This document shows, piece by piece, positions 1-9,492 of a stretch of 64,000 nt of DNA. The notes under the pieces were generated by a model. That model saw only the letters and a program-made list of their open reading frames with translations. It ran no database searches and was not told the DNA's origin. Source of the DNA: an uncultured Planctomycetota bacterium (GTDB lineage Bacteria; Planctomycetota; Planctomycetia; Isosphaerales; Isosphaeraceae). The DNA is taken from contig CAWGMQ010000006.1 of the NCBI GenBank assembly GCA_963823665.1, forward strand, positions 1,184,001 through 1,248,000, given 5' to 3'. The position numbers and the translations under genes were made by a program. How positions within the stretch are numbered: position 1 is the stretch's first letter; each line of letters starts with the position of its first letter.

Positions 1-365
1 GCATCACCCTCAAACTTCTGCTCAACCAGCTCGACTTGACGTTCACCGTCAAGGACGGGTTCCTCATGATCACGTCCAAGGAGTCTGAAGACCAGCAAAC
101 CGAGATCCGCGTCTACCCGGTCGCCGACCTCGCCATCATTCCGCTCTCCCTCATGGGTGGCGGCGGCATGGGCGGTGGCATGGGCGGCGGTATGGGTGGC
201 ATGGGCGGTGGCATGGGCGGTATGGGCGGTGGCATGGGTGGCATGGGCGGCGGCATGGGCGGCGGCATGGGCGGCGGCATGGGCGGGATGATGTCCGTGC
301 CGGTCACCGCTCCTCAGGATCTGGCACCGCCAGTGGGCTCGCTCGATCAAAAAAAAAGCAAGTAA
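1..365 (+). CDS. 3' end of a planctomycete STN/secretin-N-like protein with Gly-Met low-complexity tail (5' truncated by window)
   Basis: Frame open from window start: ..LKLLLNQLDLTFTVKDGFLMITS..IRVYPVADL followed by (GGM)n; stop TAA at 363-365 just after an A9 run. Confidence 0.7.
   Translation, partial: ITLKLLLNQLDLTFTVKDGFLMITSKESEDQQTEIRVYPVADLAIIPLSLMGGGGMGGGMGGGMGGMGGGMGGMGGGMGGMGGGMGGGMGGGMGGMMSVPVTAPQDLAPPVGSLDQKKSK
153..291 (+). repeat. Coding low-complexity repeat of GGC/GGT/ATG codons encoding a Gly-Met tract
   Basis: Repeated ggcggcatg/ggtggcatg units, in frame. Confidence 0.9.
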
Positions 366-484
366 CTGACGCCCTTCTTGGGCCCAGACCGAAGTCGACG
401 AGATCATCACAGGGCCAGCCCGGCCAAACGCCGGCTGGCCCTTCGTCGTCTCGAAAGAAGGCAAACGATGATGAGCAGCCGTTC

Positions 485-1774
485 GTGCTGCCCGAGAGAA
501 ATGCCGCCGATCGCAAAGGGGACGCAGCCAAGCCGGGTATGCTCGACGAACCGCCACTGATCAAGATCGAGCCCAACGGAGGCTGGATTCCGCGCCCGGC
601 CGCCAATGTTGATCCCCGCGCGTTCTACGAATCGTACTATCATTCCCGCGACAAGGACCGGATCGATCCCGATAAATTACGGCGGACTCTGGCGAGCTTG
701 AATCGTCTGCGCAAGCCGCGTGAGGTTCACGCCGCGATCCTCGGGTACTTGAAGAACCAGAAATACCACCGCGTGGCGATCGAGCCGTGGATGTACGAGG
801 CGCTCGCGCTGGCAATCAATATGAACGACGGATCGGACGGCGACGTCAAAACGTCGCTGAATTACGCCGCCGATCTCGCGCAGGAGACGCACAACCCCAA
901 CCACCTGGTCAGCGTGGCCGATCTGCTGGTCAGGAAAGGCTATGTCGAGCGTGTGGGCCCGCTTCTCGACGAGGCTATGCCCAAGATCCCACATCGGGCC
1001 GAGCCCATCGTGATGTCGATCAATCTCGCTCAGAAAACCAAGGACCCGGCGCGAATGGCCGATTCCCTTGAGCGGTTGCTCTCGCTCGGCTGGCCGGGCC
1101 AGGACGAGTACTTCCGGATCGAGGCGGGGAATCAGGTTGACCAGATGGTCAAACAGCTTCGTGCCCAGAACAAGAGTGCCGAAGCCGAACTTCTCCAGAA
1201 GAAGCTGGAAGAATCGATGTCGCGCGACGTCTTCATAAGACTCACCTGGGACGGCTTCGCCGATTACGACCTCTCCGTCCTTGAGCCGCTCGGCGCGAAG
1301 GCGGAATACATCTTGCCGCGCACCGTCTTCGGCGGAGCACTGATCAAGAACGGCTATGGATCCCACCCCGAAGAGATCTACGTCTGCCCCCGCGGTTTCA
1401 ACGGCAAGTACACTATCCTCGTGTCGAAGATCTGGGACGACCCGAAGCAGCCAGTGAGCAGGCTGACGCTCGAGATGATCACGCACGAAGGAACGGGCCA
1501 CGATAAGAAAGAAATCCGCAATCTGAAGCCGGGCGCCGAGAATCCGCCGACGGTCTTCACCTTGACCGACGGCCGGCGGAAGCGGGTTCTGCCGTACGTC
1601 GATCCGTCCGCGACCATCATGGAGACGGCGATCGACGCGCTGAAACACTCGAAGAGCGCGGCGAAAGGCAAGCAACACGCCGCGACAAAGGACGGAGAGG
1701 CCAGGAAGGTCCCGGCGACGCCCTTGGCGGGGGCGGCCGGAAAGGCAAAGCCGCGACCGACGCCGCCGGAATGA
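485..1774 (+). CDS. Conserved planctomycete hypothetical protein (helical N-terminal part, DUF2135-like C-terminal part); possibly the -1 frame continuation of the upstream gene
   Basis: 429-aa ORF with EPWMYEALALA and IRLTWDG.ADYDLSV.EP motifs; its frame is open back to the A9 run at 349-357. Confidence 0.7.
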   Translation: MLPERNAADRKGDAAKPGMLDEPPLIKIEPNGGWIPRPAANVDPRAFYESYYHSRDKDRIDPDKLRRTLASLNRLRKPREVHAAILGYLKNQKYHRVAIEPWMYEALALAINMNDGSDGDVKTSLNYAADLAQETHNPNHLVSVADLLVRKGYVERVGPLLDEAMPKIPHRAEPIVMSINLAQKTKDPARMADSLERLLSLGWPGQDEYFRIEAGNQVDQMVKQLRAQNKSAEAELLQKKLEESMSRDVFIRLTWDGFADYDLSVLEPLGAKAEYILPRTVFGGALIKNGYGSHPEEIYVCPRGFNGKYTILVSKIWDDPKQPVSRLTLEMITHEGTGHDKKEIRNLKPGAENPPTVFTLTDGRRKRVLPYVDPSATIMETAIDALKHSKSAAKGKQHAATKDGEARKVPATPLAGAAGKAKPRPTPPE

Positions 1775-1848
1775 TCTGGCGGGCCTGGTTCAAATGCCGG
1801 TAACGCTCCTGGACGCCGTTGGAGTGCAACGGGTCTGCCGGTCGCTTC

Positions 1849-1903
1849 GTGGGTGGGCGAAACCCACCCCATCCCATAGACCGCTACGGCTCACCCACCC
1901 TAT
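1849..1903. repeat. REP-like (GTAG family) inverted doublet, degenerate
   Basis: gtgggtgggcgaaacccacc ... gctcacccaccctat between convergent genes; similar to 46151-46213. Confidence 0.6.
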
Positions 1904-2000
1904 GTGCTGCGGACCATCGAGGCTGTAATCTCACCCTTGCTTCCGCTCTACCAGGGCACCTGGCGCGGTAATGTGCCGGGAGTCTCGTGCACCGTGGTGT

Positions 2001-4277
2001 TCAATGCGGCTCGAGAAGGCCGGTCCACCCGAGTGGGCGAATGTGGTCGTCGAACTCGGTGATCGAGATGGCCTGGTCCGCGGCGACGCCATGAAAGACC
2101 TGGGTGGTGTGACTTGCGGGCCAGGTGATTTCCAGGGTTGCCGCGCCCTCGGCGCCGGCCAGGCCGATCGTCTGCTGCAAGGCGTTCGCGCCGAAGCTGC
2201 TCCCGGACGAAACCAGCCTAAAAATTGACCGCGGTTGCGGCCCGTCGGTCACGACCTTGATGCGGGCACCGATGGCCGCGCGGTTGGTCTTTCTGCCAAT
2301 CAGCTTGACGGTGAGCCAGTGGTTGCCCTGCCCCGGATTTTGAAAAAGTATATTGTGATATTTATCGCCGTTGACAGCCCCTCCCATTTCGATGAAGAGG
2401 TCGACATCGCCGTCGCGGTCCCAGTCGCCGCAGGCAACGGCGTGGCCTTTCTGGAGGTGACCGGTGCGGGAAGAGCCGGTGATATCGGCGAATCTCGCTC
2501 CAGAGACGTTCTTGAACATGCGGTTGGGGACGAGCGTGGCCAGGCTCGGCTCGCCGGTGCCCAAGTAGAAATCGAGCCAGCCGTCGTTATCGAAATCGGC
2601 GAAGTTGCAGCCCATGGGCGCATACACGCCGGCCAGGCCGGCTTCGGCTGTGCGGTCCTCGAACCCGGTGCCGCGAGAGTTTCGGAAGAGCTTGCCGGTT
2701 GCCAGGTGATGCGGCTCGCCGATCATGCTGTTCACGATCGCGTTCAGGTTGCGGTCCGACGACGCGGCGAAGAGGTCGAGCCAGCCGTCGTTGTCGTAAT
2801 CCCAGGCCCAGCATGCAAAGCCCATCTTCGGGCCGATGATACCCATTTCCAGAGTCGTTTCCTCGAACCGGCCGTCGCGCTCGTTGTGATAGAGCCTGCC
2901 GGTATCCTCGTAGTTGGTCACGAACAGGTCAAGGAATCCGTCGTTGTCGTAGTCGATCCAGGTGCAGCCCTTCCCCCAGCGGGAAGGCTCGCTCGCCACT
3001 CCAGCTTGGACGGCAATGTCTTCAAACGTGCCGTCGCCGCGGTTCCGGTACAGACGGTTGTGCTGGTGTTCACAAGCGACAAAAAGATCGATCCAGCCGT
3101 CGTTGTCGAAATCGCCCCAGGCGGCACCGTTCGAGTTGACGGGGTCGAATAAGCCCGTAGCACGCGTGACGTCGGTGAACCCGCCTGCTCCGTTATTCTC
3201 CAGAAGTGTCGGCCGGACTGGTCCGGGGAGCCACGCTCCCCGGGGAATGAAGATGTCAAGGCGGCCGTCGTTGTTGTAATCGGCCTGATAACAGACGAGC
3301 CCACCGAGCTGGCCGGTGACTCCTGCGCTAGCGCTGCGATCGTCGAATGTGCCGTCACCGCGGTTTCGATAGTACGCCATCGACTCCGTGGAATCGTTCG
3401 CGGTGACGACAATGTCCAGGAGCCCGTCGTTATCGAAATCGTCCATGATCGCGCCGCCGGACTGGTTGAACCGATCGAGCCCGGCTTCGCGGCTCTTGTC
3501 GTGGAACGCGCCGATGTCGAACTCGGAGTGGAAGAAGCGATCGATGGCGTTGTGAAACCGCGGATCTCCCTCTTCCGAAGATTCACCGAGGGTCATATGA
3601 GCGATTTTCAGAAGCCAGCGGATGCCGACGTCATCGGGGAAGAGCTCGAGGTATTCGTTGAAATGCTTGACTGCCAGCCGCGATCCTGCCGGATTCGTAT
3701 GCACGGCAGCGGGTGAGATGGGGAAGATACACGAGCTCTCACCGCGGCAGGCGATGCAATTGTCGTTCTCGCCGCGTCGCATTGCCGCCACGCCTTGAAG
3801 GAAGATCAGGCTGGCGAGCGAATGCCGGGCCATCCGCGGGTCGTCCAGGGCCGTGGCGCGCAGGCGAGAGATCGTTTCGTACGAACCCTGGGCGTCACCG
3901 TCGTAAAGCTGGAACGCGGCCTTCTTCATGAGCAGGTTGGTATCACCACTCCGGTCTCGTCCGGCATCGGACAGACGGGCTTCGACCATGGCGATGCCCC
4001 GGGCGCCGATGCCTTTCCACTCCTGCGCGATCTGCTCGAGTGTCGCGTCTGGTGGCCAAGGCCTGAGAAAGTTATTGACCGCGCCGTAGCCGCTAGAGTC
4101 CAGGTCAGGATGACGCGGGTGAAGCTCACCGCGGGGCAGGATCAGCTCGGGATGGGCGTCCTTGGGCCGGGCCGACCACGCGGCGACCACGCAGGCTGCA
4201 ATGACGAGGATCACGGGAACAAGAAATCGCTGTTGCCCGATCAACGGAGACTCCTTTGAACGGGTTAGCGAGCGCAC
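2001..4277 (-). CDS. CRTAC1/ASPIC-UnbV family FG-GAP repeat protein
   Basis: Many D(F/Y)(D/N)NDGxLD Ca-binding repeats; C-terminal NHWLTVKLIG..NRAAIGARI..GSSFG ASPIC/UnbV domain; N-terminal hydrophobic segment. Confidence 0.9.
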   Translation of the reverse strand: MRSLTRSKESPLIGQQRFLVPVILVIAACVVAAWSARPKDAHPELILPRGELHPRHPDLDSSGYGAVNNFLRPWPPDATLEQIAQEWKGIGARGIAMVEARLSDAGRDRSGDTNLLMKKAAFQLYDGDAQGSYETISRLRATALDDPRMARHSLASLIFLQGVAAMRRGENDNCIACRGESSCIFPISPAAVHTNPAGSRLAVKHFNEYLELFPDDVGIRWLLKIAHMTLGESSEEGDPRFHNAIDRFFHSEFDIGAFHDKSREAGLDRFNQSGGAIMDDFDNDGLLDIVVTANDSTESMAYYRNRGDGTFDDRSASAGVTGQLGGLVCYQADYNNDGRLDIFIPRGAWLPGPVRPTLLENNGAGGFTDVTRATGLFDPVNSNGAAWGDFDNDGWIDLFVACEHQHNRLYRNRGDGTFEDIAVQAGVASEPSRWGKGCTWIDYDNDGFLDLFVTNYEDTGRLYHNERDGRFEETTLEMGIIGPKMGFACWAWDYDNDGWLDLFAASSDRNLNAIVNSMIGEPHHLATGKLFRNSRGTGFEDRTAEAGLAGVYAPMGCNFADFDNDGWLDFYLGTGEPSLATLVPNRMFKNVSGARFADITGSSRTGHLQKGHAVACGDWDRDGDVDLFIEMGGAVNGDKYHNILFQNPGQGNHWLTVKLIGRKTNRAAIGARIKVVTDGPQPRSIFRLVSSGSSFGANALQQTIGLAGAEGAATLEITWPASHTTQVFHGVAADQAISITEFDDHIRPLGWTGLLEPH

Positions 4278-4389
4278 ACCCCGACCGCCACGGGCAGTTT
4301 CGACGGAGCCCGTTTTTCACCGGGGATCGCCGTTCTCTGCATCCTCTCCTAGGGAATTAGGCGTCAGATTGTTCACCGTGGGCCCTGAA

Positions 4390-4450
4390 AAGTGAAAAGA
4401 TTGACAATCGCTAAATATTTCACAGATGTGTTAACAATGTTTAACCTCGG
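4390..4450. promoter_or_regulatory. AT-rich divergent promoter region
   Basis: AT-rich island in GC-rich DNA between divergent genes; TTGACA at 4401-4406 and palindrome TGTTAACA; no clean -10 at canonical spacing. Confidence 0.35.
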
Positions 4451-4607
4451 TTGTCTGTTTCCATTGCGGCCCGAGGTGGCGTCTGGTTATAGTCGCAGGA
4501 AGAGCCGGCGGCTCTTTCTGGGCTGCAAACTAGCCGGGCATGATCCGGTGGGCGAGGTCGCGGCAGGAGGGGCCCGGACTGCTTGCGTTCTGACGGAGCA
4601 ATGGGAT

Positions 4608-5921
4608 ATGTGGAGCAAACAGTCGACGATTCGCATCACGGCTGCATTCGCGCTCTGTGCGTTCATCGTGGGGATGCAGGCGAAGCCGGCGGCGGCTCAG
4701 AACCAGGCTGAATCGCTTTCAGCGAGTTTTCGCAAGGCGGTGCAGCGCGTCGCGCCGGCGCTTGTGGGCGTGCGGCCGATGGGTGTGTCGCGGCCGCTGG
4801 TGACGGTACCGATTCCGAACGTAGGGCCGTTCCGACCGACCGATTTCATTCCTCGGGGAGTGCTCCGCAATAGCAATGAGATCGAATTCGACACGACCGG
4901 CTCGGGGTTTATCGCGGACTCCGACCGTGGAATCGTGGTGACGACCGAAGGGGTCTTGCGAGGCGCGTCGCAGGCGGTGGTGGTTTTTTCTGATGGGACC
5001 GAGCGGGTCGCGTCGCAGGTCCGGCGCGATCCGCGCTCGGATGTCGCCATTCTGGTGGTTGATTTGAAGGGGCTCACGGCGACTGCGGCAGCGTGGGGTG
5101 ACTCGGATGCGATTGAGCCTGGCGACTGGGTGCTGGCGGTTGGTGCCGCGGGTGGCTCGCCGCCGTCGATGTCCGCCGGCATCTTCAGTGCACGGAGACG
5201 TGGGCCGGCTTCAGGGCTGGAATGGCTCGAGACCGACGTCCGTGTTGGTCCGGCTTTCTGGGGCGGGCCGATCGTGAACTTGAAGGGCGAGGTGATCGGG
5301 GTTGTCGGCCCGCTGCCGAACCAGGCGCCTCTGCCGGGCGGGAGTCATTACGTTCTGCCCGCGGGGCGGATACGCCGCATCGCCGCCGATCTCGCACAGT
5401 TCGGGCAAGTTCGCCGAGGATATCTGGGTATTCAAGTCGAGCCCGTCGAGGTTCTGGCGGGGGCACCGGGGGCACCTGGCGGGGTTGTGATCAGCACAGT
5501 GGGTGCTGGTACTCCGGCCGCAGCGGCAGGGGTACGGCCGGGCGATCGAATCGTGAGTGCCAACGGCCGCAAGCTGATGGTGCTCGGGCAGCTTCAGGCG
5601 ACGGTGGAAGAAACGCCGATCGGCGAAGAGCTGACGCTCCTGATCGACCGCAACGGCCAGCGGATGGAGGTGAAGGTGCGGCCCCAGGCGCAGCCGGGCT
5701 CGGCCGAGACGCCGGGCATGCCTCGCTCGCGCATCGAAGGCGACGGACGCACCAATCCGGGGCCGGGCCGTGTGCGCAGCCGGGTGGTGCCAGCCCGGCC
5801 CGTACCGCAGCCATCGAACCCGTCGAGCCCGTCTGACCCGACGTCGCTCGAACCAATACCGGGGGCGGACCAGAACGCCGCGCCGCCGCCTGCACCAAGG
5901 CCCGAGGGTCGCGTTCAATGA
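4608..5921 (+). CDS. HtrA/DegP-like trypsin fold + PDZ protein, probably catalytically inactive
   Basis: Signal peptide, GSGFI, DPRSDVAIL, GDWVLAVG, GGPIVNLKGEVIGV, RGYLGI-PDZ; catalytic His and Ser positions replaced (TTEGV, AFWGGP). Confidence 0.85.
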   Translation: MWSKQSTIRITAAFALCAFIVGMQAKPAAAQNQAESLSASFRKAVQRVAPALVGVRPMGVSRPLVTVPIPNVGPFRPTDFIPRGVLRNSNEIEFDTTGSGFIADSDRGIVVTTEGVLRGASQAVVVFSDGTERVASQVRRDPRSDVAILVVDLKGLTATAAAWGDSDAIEPGDWVLAVGAAGGSPPSMSAGIFSARRRGPASGLEWLETDVRVGPAFWGGPIVNLKGEVIGVVGPLPNQAPLPGGSHYVLPAGRIRRIAADLAQFGQVRRGYLGIQVEPVEVLAGAPGAPGGVVISTVGAGTPAAAAGVRPGDRIVSANGRKLMVLGQLQATVEETPIGEELTLLIDRNGQRMEVKVRPQAQPGSAETPGMPRSRIEGDGRTNPGPGRVRSRVVPARPVPQPSNPSSPSDPTSLEPIPGADQNAAPPPAPRPEGRVQ

Positions 5922-6024
5922 ACCGAAACTTCGGGAGATGACACGCGGCCGGCGGGGCGCGACACAGGTATCCCGCCGTTTTCTCTTTCGCGAACTCGAC
6001 GATTCTTCAAAGGATGGAAGAGCC

Positions 6025-7458
6025 GTGACACGACGCCGGATTCTCGTCATCGACGATATGGAGTTCAACCGCCACCATCTCAAGAAGGTCCTCGAAGCCC
6101 GCGACCTGGAAGTGGATACCGCGGAGGACGGCCGGTCGGCATGGGACCGCCTCAAATCGCAGAAATACCATCTCGTGGTCACCGACTTGCGGATGCCTGA
6201 TGTGGGGGGGCACGAGCTGCTCTCGCGGATTCGACTCGAGAAACTGCCGCTGGGCGTGATCGTGCTGACGGCGTTTGGCGATCCCGAAGACGCGCTACGA
6301 GCGATGAAGGCCGGCGCCGACGATTTCGTCTCGAAGCCGTACGATCCGGATCGGCTGCGTCTGCTGGTCAAGCGGGTTCTCGAGCGCCGCGAGCTGGTGG
6401 ACGAGCTGGAACGTCTGCGCAAACAGTTGCGCGGCGATTATCCATTTCACAACATGGTGTCGAAGAGCCCCAAGATTCGCCGGGTTTTTGATCTGATCGA
6501 ACAGGTCGCTCCGCTGGGCTCGACGGTCTTGATCCACGGTGAAACCGGAACCGGCAAGGAGCTTGTCGCCCAGGCGCTGCACACGGCCGATACGACGCGC
6601 ACGGGCCCCTTCGTGGTCGTCAACTGTGCCGTTCTGAACGAGTCGCTGCTGGAGAGCGAGCTTTTTGGACATGAGCGCGGGGCTTTCACCGGCGCCGAGA
6701 AGCGGAAGATTGGACGCTTCGAGCTGGCCCATGGCGGCACTCTGCTGCTTGACGAGATCGGCGATCTGGCGCCGAGCCTTCAGGCCAAGCTGTTGCGCGT
6801 GCTCCAGACCGGCGCGTTCGAACGCGTGGGCGGAACGGAGAGTTTGAAAGGCAATGTACGGATCGTCGCCGCCACCCACCGCGCTGTGGAGAACGAGGTC
6901 AAGAAAGGGCGGTTCCGGGCCGATCTGTTCTATCGCTTGAACGTGATTCGCATCGAGCTGCCCCCACTGCGCGAGCGCACCGAAGATATTCCGCTCCTGG
7001 CCACGCACTTCGTGCAGAAGCACGGCACCGCGAGCGGCGTTGGACGCACCGAAATTGCTTCGGACGCGATGCAGGCCCTGCTGCGCCACGAGTGGCCGGG
7101 CAACGTGCGCGAGCTGGAAAACGCCATCAAGGCGGCGCTGGCGATGACTGATGGTGCGGTTATTCGCCGCGATGACCTGCCGGAGTCGGTTGCGCCGCGA
7201 AGCGAGGAAACGCCGCGAAGCGGTTCGCTGGTCGATATCGAGCGCCCCCTCCCGGACCTGACTTCCACCCTGATCGGCCGCGTGGAAAGTGAATACTTCT
7301 CGCGGGTGCTCTCGCTCTACAAGGGCAACGTGGCCAGGACGGCCCGGCACAGCGGACTCTCGCGGCGGAGCGTGACACAGAAGCTGCAGCGATACGGGCT
7401 GGATCGGTTGACATTCAAGACGGCGCAGCGGAGGGGAGCGGTTGAGGGGGGTGCGTGA
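6025..7458 (+). CDS. Sigma-54-dependent response regulator (NtrC/AtoC family)
   Basis: Receiver (ILVIDD, TDLRMP, KP), [38 protein letters not shown], Fis-type HTH; GTG start inferred. Confidence 0.95.
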   Translation: MTRRRILVIDDMEFNRHHLKKVLEARDLEVDTAEDGRSAWDRLKSQKYHLVVTDLRMPDVGGHELLSRIRLEKLPLGVIVLTAFGDPEDALRAMKAGADDFVSKPYDPDRLRLLVKRVLERRELVDELERLRKQLRGDYPFHNMVSKSPKIRRVFDLIEQVAPLGSTVLIHGETGTGKELVAQALHTADTTRTGPFVVVNCAVLNESLLESELFGHERGAFTGAEKRKIGRFELAHGGTLLLDEIGDLAPSLQAKLLRVLQTGAFERVGGTESLKGNVRIVAATHRAVENEVKKGRFRADLFYRLNVIRIELPPLRERTEDIPLLATHFVQKHGTASGVGRTEIASDAMQALLRHEWPGNVRELENAIKAALAMTDGAVIRRDDLPESVAPRSEETPRSGSLVDIERPLPDLTSTLIGRVESEYFSRVLSLYKGNVARTARHSGLSRRSVTQKLQRYGLDRLTFKTAQRRGAVEGGA

Positions 7459-7559
7459 TTTTGGGCGCGCGCCATTGCCAGCCGTCGCAGCACGAGTAGG
7501 CCATTCGTTTCTTGACCGTAGCAGCGGCGCTGCGGCCCGACAGCCCTGGAGTGCGATAG

Positions 7560-7584
7560 GCGCTCTCGCGGGACACTGATCTTA
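7560..7584 (+). repeat. Direct repeat copy 1 (25 bp)
   Basis: gcgctctcgcgggacactgatctta identical to 8506-8530. Confidence 0.9.
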
Positions 7585-7715
7585 ACCGCCACCGTGGCCG
7601 TGCCCCAGAGGCACAACCTTAGTTATCCGACCTGATCGTTCGGCACGGGCGGTTTCCGTATCCCCTCGAAGCGAAGCCGCGTTCCGTGGTAAAATAATAC
7701 AAGGAGGAGAATGCC

Positions 7716-8447
7716 GTGCCGCTACGCGATCACTTTCGCCCACCTTTGGATGATGTTCATTCCTGGGACGAACTTCATGGCATGTGGCCGGCGGTGATCG
7801 TCCAGAAGCTGATTGAGGTTCTCCCGGAGCCTTATTTCGCCGCTCCGGGTGTCCATCTGGGGACGCTCTACGAAGTCGATATCGGCACTTACCGTCGGCC
7901 CGTGGCGGACGCGAATGACATCGATGTTGCAAAAGGCGGGGTGTCTGTCGCGACTTATGCGCCGCCCGAGCCGACGCTGACATTGGAACCGCAGTTGCCG
8001 AATCAGGATGTTTACGAGGTCCGCATCTACGATAGCCGGCGCAACCGGCAATTGGTGGCCGCTATCGAAATCGTCAGTCCGTCGAATAAGGACCGCCCGG
8101 AAAACCGCGCAACGTTCGTTGCGAAAGCGGCCACGCTGCTCAAGAACAACATCTGCGTATCGATCGTCGATGTCGTGAGTACGTACGATTTCAATCTGTA
8201 TGCGGAGTTGCTGAAATTTCTCCAAAGCGTCGATCCGGCGCTGGGAAGCGAGCCGCCGCCGATGTACGCCGCGACGCTTCGCTTGCGTTACGAAGATCGC
8301 CGCCGCATGATGGACAATTGGTATCATCCGCTTGCCATCGGCCAACCACTGCCGACGCTGCCGATCTGGCTCAAGGAAGACTGGGCCATCGCGCTCGATC
8401 TGGATTCGAGCTACGAAGCGGCTTGCCGCACTCTCAGGATCAGGTGA
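7716..8447 (+). CDS. DUF4058 family protein (planctomycete PD-(D/E)xK-like)
   Basis: MPLRDHF start, W..LH..W, LVAAIEIVSPSNKDR, LPTLPIWL, LDL..SY..AC; AAGGAGG RBS. Confidence 0.85.
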   Translation: MPLRDHFRPPLDDVHSWDELHGMWPAVIVQKLIEVLPEPYFAAPGVHLGTLYEVDIGTYRRPVADANDIDVAKGGVSVATYAPPEPTLTLEPQLPNQDVYEVRIYDSRRNRQLVAAIEIVSPSNKDRPENRATFVAKAATLLKNNICVSIVDVVSTYDFNLYAELLKFLQSVDPALGSEPPPMYAATLRLRYEDRRRMMDNWYHPLAIGQPLPTLPIWLKEDWAIALDLDSSYEAACRTLRIR

Positions 8448-8505
8448 CGTCCGCGAACTTCACGTCTTGCCCAACAGCTCGAGCTCGATGGCCGGCTGCG
8501 ATAAC

Positions 8506-8530
8506 GCGCTCTCGCGGGACACTGATCTTA
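8506..8530 (+). repeat. Direct repeat copy 2 (25 bp)
   Basis: Identical to 7560-7584. Confidence 0.9.
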
Positions 8531-8536
8531 CTCGGG

Positions 8537-9388
8537 CTAGCGCTTTTTGGCCGCCAAGGCGACCGCTGCGAGGAGCGCGAGCTGCACGACGACCCAGAGC
8601 AGGATCACCGGCGGGATCGGAAACCACATTGTGAAACCCCAGAAAAAGAGTCTGGGGCTGCCGACCACGATCGCAATGAGGAATCCGACGGTCCACCCCA
8701 CGGCGATGGCCCTCACTGCCCGTTCCGTCCAGGAGGCTGTTCTCCAGAGCTGGCGGATTTGCTCGCGGATATGACTGTTTTTCCGATTCTTCAAAAAAAA
8801 GGACGCGGCCACGAACGGCAACAGCCATGCCGCTGAAATCAATGCAAACCACTGCGGCCGCTGAAAGACAGGGAACTTCCCGGCCAGCCAGTTCGCGAGG
8901 ATGAGTGCACCGATCTGCAAGGCCAACAGCGGCACTAGCATCAGTAACAACTGAATGAGCAGCGCCACGCGCTGCTTGCGATTGAGTTTCGGGTGCTTCG
9001 GCATCGGTATGAGGCCGCCGGTCTGGTTGTGCCACATCAGCCGAGTAAACCACGTCATCAGGCCGAACCATACGAAAAAGAAGCCAAAGACGAGGTTCAC
9101 AGCGAGAAAGGCCTGGATCGTCCAGATTCGCACCTGTGCCGGCGTGCCGGTCACCCAGCCGCTGCGCATGATCCAGGCCGTCACGGCGTTGGGGAGCGCC
9201 CACACGCCGGCCAGGATCATGAAGCTTTTGATTGTGAAGCTCAGCCGGGGCGCTCGTCGTGGCAGCGGTTCTTGGTACTTGGCCGTGTAGCAATCCTCGC
9301 AGTACTGGGCTTCGACGAACCGGTCGTCGGAAGACAGCTCGGTGACATGGCGAGTAGCCAGTCTGGCGAGGCACAGTTGACAGATCAT
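8537..9388 (-). CDS. Membrane protein with N-terminal McsA-like CxxC..CxxC zinc ribbon
   Basis: MICQLC..ATRHVTE..YCEDCY followed by about six hydrophobic segments. Confidence 0.7.
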   Translation of the reverse strand: MICQLCLARLATRHVTELSSDDRFVEAQYCEDCYTAKYQEPLPRRAPRLSFTIKSFMILAGVWALPNAVTAWIMRSGWVTGTPAQVRIWTIQAFLAVNLVFGFFFVWFGLMTWFTRLMWHNQTGGLIPMPKHPKLNRKQRVALLIQLLLMLVPLLALQIGALILANWLAGKFPVFQRPQWFALISAAWLLPFVAASFFLKNRKNSHIREQIRQLWRTASWTERAVRAIAVGWTVGFLIAIVVGSPRLFFWGFTMWFPIPPVILLWVVVQLALLAAVALAAKKR

Positions 9389-9492
9389 CGATCGGTCGCC
9401 TCAACACGTCGGCCCGCGTGTGTCCGTGGTGTCCTTGGGTTTGATTGTAGCCGTGTTCCCTTCCGAACGAACGGGCATTACGATAAACGGCT

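Noticed and set aside
153..291. Gly-Met repeat as a phase-variable microsatellite
   Set aside because: Units are multiples of 3 nt inside a coding low-complexity linker, so changes would not switch frame
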